From an uncultured Gemmatimonadota bacterium (GTDB lineage: Bacteria; GCA-2686955), in NCBI GenBank assembly GCA_964490075.1, contig CAZBBK010000066.1, positions 1-32,661 on the forward strand: a DNA stretch of 32,661 nt. Reading direction: 5' to 3'. Of this stretch, positions 25,122 to 32,661 are shown piece by piece. The notes beneath the pieces are model-generated. The model was not told where the DNA came from, searched no databases, and was given only the letters and a program-made list of their open reading frames with translations. Each line of letters starts with the position of its first letter. The first letter of the stretch is position 1. Position numbers and translations under genes: made by a program.

Positions 25122-25813
25122 AGAGCTTCTTCCGGCACCCGATGCCCGGCATCGACACCGGCGTGCTCGGCGGCCCCTTCATCGTCATCGAGGGTGCCGA
25201 CGGATCCGGGCGCTCGACCCATATTCGGCTGCTCAAGGACGAGCTGGAAAAGCTCGGCTACGCGGTGGTCGAGATCGGCCTCCTGCACTCCGACCTGGTG
25301 GCGACGGAGTTCGCCAACGCCCGCAGCGGGACCCTGCTGGGACCCCTGACCCGCGGTCTCTTCTATGCGACCGACCTCGCCGACCAGATCGAGAAGGCGA
25401 TCGTTCCGGCGCTGCGCAGCGGCATGGTGGTGCTCGCCGACCGCTACGTCTACACCCTGATCGCCCGCGATCTGACCCGCGGCGCCGACTTCGACTGGCT
25501 GAAAGGCGTCTACGGCTTCGCGCTGATGCCCGACGCCGTGGTCTATCTCGAGGTGAGCCCGGAGACCCTGGCGCGCCGGGTGCTCGCCCGCGACGGCCAG
25601 ATGGAGTACTGGGAGTCCGGGATGGATCTGGGACTGTCGCGCGATCGTTATCTCTCGTTCATGCGGTACCAGGAGCGGATCGCGCGGGCCTTCGGCCAGT
25701 TGGACGACGAGTTCCACTTCCAGCGCATCAACGGCGAGCGGGAGCTCGGCGTGGTGCAGCAGGAGCTGCGCGACTACGTGGTGCCGGTGGTGCGGTCGGT
25801 GGTGGCGCGGTAG
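25118..25813 (+). CDS. Thymidylate kinase family protein, copy B (P-loop Lys replaced by Arg)
   Basis: ATGA overlap. IVIEGADGSGRST, VVLADRYVYT, ESGMDLGLS.DR..SF (copy A has EAGMDLDLS.DR..SF). Confidence 0.85.
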   Translation: MKSFFRHPMPGIDTGVLGGPFIVIEGADGSGRSTHIRLLKDELEKLGYAVVEIGLLHSDLVATEFANARSGTLLGPLTRGLFYATDLADQIEKAIVPALRSGMVVLADRYVYTLIARDLTRGADFDWLKGVYGFALMPDAVVYLEVSPETLARRVLARDGQMEYWESGMDLGLSRDRYLSFMRYQERIARAFGQLDDEFHFQRINGERELGVVQQELRDYVVPVVRSVVAR

Positions 25814-27195
25814 ATCTTCTCCGCCGCCGCCTCGGCGGCCGCCGTGCAATCGTTGATGCCGATGCCGCGAAAGGCGTTGCCGATCACGTGCAGGCCCGGA
25901 GGTAGATCGCCGTCGAGCGCGGCCACACGTTCCACGTGACCGATTTCGTACTGGGGGATGGCTTGCTCCCAGCGGCTGATGAAGCTGCGCCGGGGGGCTC
26001 CCCTCAGCGGCAGGATCGCGCCCAGCTCGTCCAGCACCAGCCTCTTCAGCTCCGCCGCCGGCAGCGCGGCGAGCGCGCCCTGACGACGCCCGCCCACCAG
26101 GGTGCGCAGCAGGATCGCGTCGGCCGGGGCGCGCTTGCCCGGGAAGATCGAGCTGGTCCAGAGCGAGCCGAGGATGCGGCGTCTCTCCAGCGCCGGGCAG
26201 AGGAAGCCGAAGCCCGAGAGCTCGCACGCCAGGGAGCGACGCTCGAAAAGCGTCTCCACCACGGCGAGCGGCGCGTACTCGATCGCCGCCGCGGCCGCCG
26301 CCGCGCGCGGTGCGTGAGGACGCAGCAGCCCGGCGGCGGCCGGTGCGGGAATCGCCAGCAGCACCTGCTCGGCCTCACACTCGCCGCCGGCCCAGCGCAA
26401 CCGAAATCGACCGCCGCTCGATCCCGCCTCGATGCTCTCGACCGGCGCATTCAGCATCACACGCTCGCCCAGCAGCTCGACGAGACCTTCGATCAGGGTG
26501 CGCAGCCCCCCTTCGAGGCTGGTCAGCGTGCCGCCGGGACCGGCGGGACCGGCGCGCGGTCCCGCTGCGCTGCGCCGCCGGCGCGCCCGGGCGACCATGC
26601 CCCGGACCAGAGAGCCGTGGTCGCGCTCCAGCGCGGCGATGCGCGGGAAGGCGGCCTGCACGCTGATCCGCTCCGGGTCTCCGGCGTGAATCCCCGTGAC
26701 GAAGGGGTCGAGGAGCCAGGCCACGGCATCCGCCCCCAGGCGGCGGCGGCCGAAATCGGCCAGGCTCTCCTCGCCGGCGGCCGGATCGCGGCGCGGCACC
26801 AGCGGCTCCGCGAGCAGCCGCAGCTTGGCCCGCGGCCCGAGGATCGGCGAACGCAGAAAGGCCCCCGCCGAGGCCGGCAGCTCCGCCAACGCTCCGCGCC
26901 GCACGATGTAGCGCCGGGCGGCCGCGGCGTCGGCGCGGATCAGCGCATTCTCCAGGCCCAGGTGGCGCACCAGGGCCCCGGTCGAGGGGGCGGAATCGAG
27001 CCAGCCGTTGGGGCCGGTCTCGTGCAGCACCCCGCCGGCCTCTTCGGTGAAGATCTTCCCGCCCGGCCGGCCCGCTGCTTCCAGGACCCGCAGATCGATC
27101 GCGCCGGCTGCATCGCGGCGCAGGATCTGGAAGGCCGCCGCGAGCCCGCTGATGCCGCCGCCGATCACCACGACGCGCGGCGCCGCCGGGCTCAT
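25774..27195 (-). CDS. hemY: HemY-type protoporphyrinogen/coproporphyrinogen oxidase
   Basis: VVIGGGISGL.AA, LEA..RPGGKI.T, ETGPN, ES.ADF.RRRLG, DPFVTGIHAGDP, GFGFL, AIPQY..GH, GIGINDC. Confidence 0.93.
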   Translation of the reverse strand: MSPAAPRVVVIGGGISGLAAAFQILRRDAAGAIDLRVLEAAGRPGGKIFTEEAGGVLHETGPNGWLDSAPSTGALVRHLGLENALIRADAAAARRYIVRRGALAELPASAGAFLRSPILGPRAKLRLLAEPLVPRRDPAAGEESLADFGRRRLGADAVAWLLDPFVTGIHAGDPERISVQAAFPRIAALERDHGSLVRGMVARARRRRSAAGPRAGPAGPGGTLTSLEGGLRTLIEGLVELLGERVMLNAPVESIEAGSSGGRFRLRWAGGECEAEQVLLAIPAPAAAGLLRPHAPRAAAAAAAIEYAPLAVVETLFERRSLACELSGFGFLCPALERRRILGSLWTSSIFPGKRAPADAILLRTLVGGRRQGALAALPAAELKRLVLDELGAILPLRGAPRRSFISRWEQAIPQYEIGHVERVAALDGDLPPGLHVIGNAFRGIGINDCTAAAEAAAEKIYRATTDRTTGTT

Positions 27196-28235
27196 CGAGA
27201 GCTATTCCGCGGCCGGTAGTCGTGCACCGCCTCGACCAGGGCCCGCGCGTTCTCCGGCGGAGTCGTCGGCTGGATCCCGTGTCCCAGGTTGAAGATGTGG
27301 CCGGGCGCGCTGTCGGCGGCGCGCAGAATCCGCTCGGCGCGCACCTCGATCTGCGGCTGCTCGAGGTGCAGCACCGCGGGATCGAGATTGCCCTGCACCG
27401 CCAGCTCGGGGCCGAGCACGCGCCGCGCACGGGCGATGTCAACGCTCCAGTCGAGCCCGATCACATCGGCCCCGACGCCCGCGGCCAGGTCGAGCAGCTC
27501 GCCCGCGCCGCGCGGGAAGTAGAGCACCGGGCAGCCGAGGTCGCGCACTCCCTCGATGATCCGGCGCACTCCCGGCAGCGCGCAGCGCCGGTAGTCGTCG
27601 CGGGCGAGCACCCCGGCCCAGGTGTCGAAGAGCTGCACCGCGCGGGCGCCGGCTTCGATCTGCGCGCGCAGGTAGGGAATCGTGGTGGCGACGATCTTGT
27701 CGACCAGCGCGTCCCAGAGATCGGGCGCGCCGAAGGCCATGGTCTTGACGAAACGAAAATCCTTCGACGGTCCCCCGTCGACCATGTAGGTGGCGAGCGT
27801 CCACGGCGCCGCGGCGAAGCCGATCACCGGCACCCGGCCGGCCAGCTCGGAGACGGTCAGGCGGATCGCGTCGAGCACCGCTCGGCAGTCCCGGTCGGGG
27901 TCGGGGACGCGCAACGCATCGATCGCGCGCCGATCGCGCACCGGGGACGCCAGGCGCGGCGGTCCCTCGGCGAAGGAGACCTCGACGCCCATGGCGATGG
28001 CCGGCACCATGATGTCGGAGAAGATGATCGCCGCATCGACACCGAGCTGGTCGACCGGCTGCAGCGTCACCTCGGCGGCCAGCTCCGGCGTACGGCACAG
28101 ATCCAGGAACGAGACGCGATTCCGCAGCGCCCGGTAGTCCGGCAGATAACGACCGGCCTGGCGCATGATCCAGATCGGCGTGCGATCGACCGGGCGGCGG
28201 CGGCAGGCGTTCAGGAAGCGGTCGGAGCGGCTCAA
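27192..28235 (-). CDS. hemE: Uroporphyrinogen decarboxylase
   Basis: PIWIMRQAGRYLP.Y, EVTLQP, DAAIIFSDI, QLFDTW, VQGNLDP, HIFNLGHGI. TTG start. Confidence 0.96.
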   Translation of the reverse strand: MSRSDRFLNACRRRPVDRTPIWIMRQAGRYLPDYRALRNRVSFLDLCRTPELAAEVTLQPVDQLGVDAAIIFSDIMVPAIAMGVEVSFAEGPPRLASPVRDRRAIDALRVPDPDRDCRAVLDAIRLTVSELAGRVPVIGFAAAPWTLATYMVDGGPSKDFRFVKTMAFGAPDLWDALVDKIVATTIPYLRAQIEAGARAVQLFDTWAGVLARDDYRRCALPGVRRIIEGVRDLGCPVLYFPRGAGELLDLAAGVGADVIGLDWSVDIARARRVLGPELAVQGNLDPAVLHLEQPQIEVRAERILRAADSAPGHIFNLGHGIQPTTPPENARALVEAVHDYRPRNSSR

Positions 28236-28382
28236 GTGGTGCCTCGGCTGCTGGGCTGGACGACGGGCTGGAATCGACCGCCCATCTTACGCGCCGCCAT
28301 CGCGAAGCGAAACAAGCACCGAATCCGCTCGAATGAAGTGGGCCGAGGCTCTATTTTCTCGGGACCAACCGGAGAGGAATCG

Positions 28383-30173
28383 ATGTCCCAGATCATGGCC
28401 GCGCGGGCCGCCGAGCTTGCTTCACTCGATTCCTGCGACCTGCTGATCGTTGGCGGCGGCGTGACCGGCGCCGGAGTGGCTCGCGAGGCCGCTCACCGCG
28501 GCTTCTCCGTGGTGCTGGCGGAGAAGGACGATTTCGCCTCGGGCACCTCGTCGCGCTCTTCGAAGCTGGTCCACGGCGGGCTGCGCTACCTGGAGCAGTT
28601 CGAGCTGCGCCTGGTCTTCGAGGCGACCCGCGAGCGCAGCACCTTGATGCGCATCGCGCCCCACCTGGTGCGCCCGATCACCTTCATCTACCCGGTCTAC
28701 GAGGGCCGGCGCCCGGGGCTGCCGCTGCTGGGGGCGGCCATGGCCCTCTACGACAGCCTCTCGCTCTTCCGGGTGCCGCAGCTGCACCGCCTCTACGGTG
28801 CCCCGGCGGCGCGCCGAGCCGAGCCGCTCTTGCGCTCCGACGGCCTGGCCGGCGCGGCGCGCTACTTCGACGGCGCCACCGACGACGCGCGCCTGACCTT
28901 GGAGACGATTCTCGACGCCCGCCGCACCGGCGCCCGCTGTCTGAACCACCTCGAGGTGTTCGCCCTGGAGCGCGGCTCCGGAACCGAGGGCGCCCGGGTC
29001 GGGCTGCGCTGCGGCCTCAGCGGCACCGAGCACCAGCTGCGCGCCCAGGGAATCGTGCTGGCGGCCGGCCCCTGGACCGATCGCATCCGCTCCCACCTGG
29101 GCCTCGCCTTGGCCGACGATCCCTTGCTGCGCACCACCCGCGGCTCGCACCTGGTGGTCGACCGCGCGCGCCTGCCGCTGGCCCATGCGATGGTGATGAG
29201 CGGCCACCGCGACGGTCGCGTCACCTTCGCCATCCCCTGGGACGAGCGGGTGATCATCGGCACCTCCGACATCGACGACGAGAACCCGCCCGAGCAGACC
29301 CGCGCCAACGCCGCCGAAGTCGATTACCTGTTGCGCACCGCGAACCGCCACTTCCCTTCCGCCCGGCTGCGCGCGGACGATGTGATCGCCACCTATGCCG
29401 GCCTTCGCCCGCTGGTCCGCGAAGAGGGCCGCAGCCCCTCCAAGGTGAGCCGCGAGCACGCGATCGTGGAGGATGGCAACGTGATCACGGTAGCCGGCGG
29501 CAAGCTGACCACCTATCGCGCGATGGCCGAGGAGGTGGTGAACCGGGTCTCGCGAACGCTGGCGGGGCGCGGGGCCCGGGTGGCCGGCAGGACGCTCCGC
29601 CCACCGCGCCGCGGGGGGCTCTTCGGCCGCCTGGCGGAGCGCTGGGAAGAGCTGGCCGACGGCGATGTGCTGGCCCGCCGCGGCACCACCGCGCGCCGCA
29701 TCCTGCCCGGGGCGGTGGGACTCACCGGCGAGCAGGGCCCCAAGCGGATCCTGGCCGAGCTCTCCGAGACCATCGCCGATCCGCGTGCGGTGCAGCACTT
29801 GGTCCAGCGCTACGGGGGCCGCAGCTACCAGATCGCGGCGCTCTGCCACGACGATCCGGAGCTGGCGCGGCGGGTGGCACCCGACCTGCCGGTGATCTGG
29901 GCCGAGATCCCCTTCGCCGCCTTATCCGACCTGGCCCGCACGCTGATCGACACCCTCGATCGCCGCACCGCGCTCACGTTGCGCGACCGCAGCCAGGGCC
30001 TGGCGGCCGCCCCGCGCGCGGCCGAGCTGCTGGCGCCGATCTTGGGCTGGGACGACGCCGAGTGCCGGCGCCAGGTCGACGCCCACGCATGCTACGTCGC
30101 GCGCAGCCGCGCCTGGCGCGACGACGAGCCGGAGGAGGTAGCTACGGTTTCTCGATCCACAGATCCTGGGTGA
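28383..30173 (+). CDS. glpD: FAD-dependent glycerol-3-phosphate dehydrogenase/oxidase
   Basis: GGAG RBS. DLLIVGGGVTGAG, DFASGTSSRSSKLVHGGLRYLE, DDARL, GLRPL, SREH, AGGKLTTYRAMAE. Confidence 0.93.
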   Translation: MSQIMAARAAELASLDSCDLLIVGGGVTGAGVAREAAHRGFSVVLAEKDDFASGTSSRSSKLVHGGLRYLEQFELRLVFEATRERSTLMRIAPHLVRPITFIYPVYEGRRPGLPLLGAAMALYDSLSLFRVPQLHRLYGAPAARRAEPLLRSDGLAGAARYFDGATDDARLTLETILDARRTGARCLNHLEVFALERGSGTEGARVGLRCGLSGTEHQLRAQGIVLAAGPWTDRIRSHLGLALADDPLLRTTRGSHLVVDRARLPLAHAMVMSGHRDGRVTFAIPWDERVIIGTSDIDDENPPEQTRANAAEVDYLLRTANRHFPSARLRADDVIATYAGLRPLVREEGRSPSKVSREHAIVEDGNVITVAGGKLTTYRAMAEEVVNRVSRTLAGRGARVAGRTLRPPRRGGLFGRLAERWEELADGDVLARRGTTARRILPGAVGLTGEQGPKRILAELSETIADPRAVQHLVQRYGGRSYQIAALCHDDPELARRVAPDLPVIWAEIPFAALSDLARTLIDTLDRRTALTLRDRSQGLAAAPRAAELLAPILGWDDAECRRQVDAHACYVARSRAWRDDEPEEVATVSRSTDPG

Positions 30174-32592
30174 ACCCGGCCTGCGGATCGTCTCCCTCGA
30201 AGACCTTGGCCATCACCGCAAAGCCCTTGTCCTTGAGCGCCGTGGGGATGGCGCGCGCGACCGGGAAGAAGGCCTCCTCGCCGGGCGCGAAGGGGTGATC
30301 GGCCGACACCGTCATCTGCACCTTCGCCATGCCCGCCGCTTGCACCACCACGTCGACCGTGTCGGCGACTGCCGCCAAGTTCTTCACCCGCACCGTGCCG
30401 GTGGCGGTATCGCCTCCCTGCAGCGTGTCGGCCAGCGCCTGGATCTCCACTTCCCAGGTCGCGGGCTCGGGGTAGAGGTATTCGTCCCAGCCGACGTCGC
30501 CGCGCGCTCCGGAGACCAGACTAGAGTCCGCCGGATCGCCCGCATCGACCACGATCGAACCGCCGGTGAGCGCATAGAGCGTGTCGCCGACGACGAAATC
30601 CGGCTTCACCAGAATGTCGAAATCGCCTTTGAAGGAGCCGGAGTAGGCCCCTTCCGAATTGTTGGCGATGGCATTGCGCCCGGCCTCGGTCGAGGACAGG
30701 GGATCTACCGCCATTCCCGCGGCGCCGGTCGTTCCGCCGATGATGTTGGCGACGATCTCGGTGGTCGCGGCATCGTAGACACCGACTGCCACTTCGGCGG
30801 GATTGGGACCGCCACCGTCCACCACCGTGCTGAGAATGGTGTTGCGACGGACCACCGCGCTCACCGCCGCGCCCGAGATCGCCAGCGCACCGACGTCGCC
30901 GGCCGCGTGGCTCTGGTCGATCAGGTTCTCCTCCAGCACCAACACGCCCCCGGTGACCACGTCGACCGCGGCGCCGTTGAACCCGGAGTTGGATCGCATC
31001 ACATTTCCCCGAGCGACCACCGAAGCACCCGAGACCACCCGCAACGCGCCGCCGTTGCGCGCGCTCGAATCGTTGCCACCGAGGTAGTTGTCGAGCACCC
31101 AGGCATCGGACTCACCGACCAGGATGCCGCCCCCGCCGGCCTCGAGTGTCAGGCCGGTGGCGGTGTTGCCGACGATCGTGTTGCTGTCGATCACCGCGGT
31201 CGAGTACAGCGTCACACCGATTCCACCGTGGCCGTCGGCGCTGTTGCCCGAGATGAGATTGTGGCGAACCAGCGCCGAATCGCCCAGCACGCAGGCGATG
31301 CCGCCCCCGGTCTCGGCGCTGTTGGCCGAGATCTCGTTGTCGCGGGCCAGCATGAAGCTGCCGCCGCGTAGACCGCTCTCGAAACCCTGGCTGTAGACCC
31401 CTCCGCCCGCGGAGGGCACCGAGTTGCCACAGATCGTGTTCCCTTGAACCACCGAGAACGACTCGTGCAGAAACACGCCGCCGCCAAATCCCGTTCCGAA
31501 CGTCACCACCGCATTGTCGCAGATCTGATTGTCCAGGATCGAGCCGTCGGCCGCGAAGTAGTGCGCGCCACCGCCCTCGGAGGCGGCCTGGTTGTCGGTG
31601 ATGGTCACCTCGCTCAGATCGAGGATCGATCCGTCGAAGGCGCTCACACCGCCTCCGAAGCCTCCCGTGCTGTCGTTGCCGGCCCAGTTGCCGGTGAAGG
31701 TGCCGCCGTCGATCAGACCGACCGCCCCCAGGTGGATCGCCGCTCCTCCCCCGGTCTTGGACGCCTGGTTGCCGCCGAACACGCAATCCTCCAGCAACAC
31801 GCTCGTGCTGTCGTCGGCGCCCAGCAGGCCGCCGCCGGTTCCGGTGAGGCTGATCAGTCCGGCCTCGTTGGAGTCGACCACCGTGGAGCGAGCGATCAGA
31901 CTGGCTCCGAGCACCGCCGAGATTCCGCCGCCGTCGTAGTCGGCGCTGTTGTGGAGAATGTTGCAACCGTCGAGTGTATCGACCACCGCACCCATGAAGT
32001 GCAGGCCGCCGCCGTCGCGGTCGGCGTGGTTCGACGACACCTCGCAGCTCAGCAAAGTGACCGATGCACCGTTGCGGGCCGACAGACCGCCCCCCGATTC
32101 ACCCGATGTGTTGCCAACGATCGATGTCGACTCGATCCGACAGCTGGCGTCGATGTCGACTCCGATTCCGCCCCCGGCGCGGCTGCCGACGTTGGCCTCG
32201 ACCGCACAATCGCGAAACGCCGCCACGGCATTGCTTTCGACACGGATGCCGCCGCCCAGCACCGAGTTGTAGCCGCCGGTGAAACGCAGGCTCAAGAGCG
32301 AAACCTCTCCCGTCCCGGCGCTGATCGTCAGCACCGGATCGGCGCCGTTGCCCAGCACAGTGGTCGAGTCGGCGTCCACGCCGAGCAGGGTGATCCCGAT
32401 GCCGGTGGTGGCCACGGGGCCGGCATGGCTGCCCGAGGCGATGGCAACGGTGTCTCCGGCGGCCGCGACATCGACCGCCTCCTGGATGGTGGCGTAGTCG
32501 CCGGGAACGTGGAGCTGAACGCCGGCTGCGGAGCAGGCGGCAAGCGCCAGGGCGGCGGCGACGGGACGTGAACAATGGAAACGACGGCTCAT
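30142..32592 (-). CDS. Secreted right-handed parallel beta-helix repeat protein with C-terminal Ig-like domain
   Basis: AGGAG RBS, signal peptide, VPGDYATIQEAVD.A..GDTV, many N.A..GGG(I/L/V) repeats, VDAGDP...D.G..E closing motif. Confidence 0.88.
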   Translation of the reverse strand: MSRRFHCSRPVAAALALAACSAAGVQLHVPGDYATIQEAVDVAAAGDTVAIASGSHAGPVATTGIGITLLGVDADSTTVLGNGADPVLTISAGTGEVSLLSLRFTGGYNSVLGGGIRVESNAVAAFRDCAVEANVGSRAGGGIGVDIDASCRIESTSIVGNTSGESGGGLSARNGASVTLLSCEVSSNHADRDGGGLHFMGAVVDTLDGCNILHNSADYDGGGISAVLGASLIARSTVVDSNEAGLISLTGTGGGLLGADDSTSVLLEDCVFGGNQASKTGGGAAIHLGAVGLIDGGTFTGNWAGNDSTGGFGGGVSAFDGSILDLSEVTITDNQAASEGGGAHYFAADGSILDNQICDNAVVTFGTGFGGGVFLHESFSVVQGNTICGNSVPSAGGGVYSQGFESGLRGGSFMLARDNEISANSAETGGGIACVLGDSALVRHNLISGNSADGHGGIGVTLYSTAVIDSNTIVGNTATGLTLEAGGGGILVGESDAWVLDNYLGGNDSSARNGGALRVVSGASVVARGNVMRSNSGFNGAAVDVVTGGVLVLEENLIDQSHAAGDVGALAISGAAVSAVVRRNTILSTVVDGGGPNPAEVAVGVYDAATTEIVANIIGGTTGAAGMAVDPLSSTEAGRNAIANNSEGAYSGSFKGDFDILVKPDFVVGDTLYALTGGSIVVDAGDPADSSLVSGARGDVGWDEYLYPEPATWEVEIQALADTLQGGDTATGTVRVKNLAAVADTVDVVVQAAGMAKVQMTVSADHPFAPGEEAFFPVARAIPTALKDKGFAVMAKVFEGDDPQAGFTQDLWIEKP

Positions 32593-32661
32593 TGCACTCC
32601 TAAGGGTGGCCCCCCCATCGATCGCGCCCTCGCCAACCCCCCGGTTGAGGCGCCGGGCCCC

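Noticed and set aside
27222-28382. N-terminal 387-aa extension of the glpD ORF
   Set aside because: Antisense to hemE. The real start is ATG 28383 with an RBS.
30600-32400. DNA-level repeat or diversity-generating element in the beta-helix gene
   Set aside because: Repeats are degenerate protein-level GGG motifs. I found no near-identical template/variable pair and no reverse transcriptase.

Overview
A GC-rich bacterial chromosomal segment, probably from a diderm (lipoproteins, CsgG/FlgO domain, many signal-peptide proteins), with about 25 real genes. Most long ORFs in the supplied track are antisense or frame shadows. Gene content in order: (1) a divergent envelope cluster with a PEGA protein missing from the ORF track, two LPP20-like lipoproteins, a CsgG/FlgO+PA14 lipoprotein and an M48-like protein lacking its HExxH motif; (2) a 162-bp MITE-like element and a vapBC toxin-antitoxin pair; (3) YihY and UbiD-family genes, a secreted protein with a C-terminal TWGxxK motif, two radical SAM genes and a membrane-anchored sulfatase-fold protein; (4) a 600-bp intergenic region packed with palindromes, including a 51-bp-period array; (5) a PfkB kinase, a secreted redoxin, and a HAD / M16 peptidase / NnrS / FAD reductase run; (6) two tandem thymidylate-kinase-like genes, hemY-hemE, glpD and a secreted beta-helix protein. 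The most unusual signals are the palindrome array (14432-14687), a hairpin element shared upstream of two unrelated genes (6442 and 14795), an 81-bp AT-rich codon patch inside the M16 gene, the envelope cluster with its pseudo-peptidase, the tandem tmk pair, and widespread leaderless-type promoters. I found no tRNA, rRNA, cas or transposase genes. All family calls come from motif recognition by eye, not database searches.
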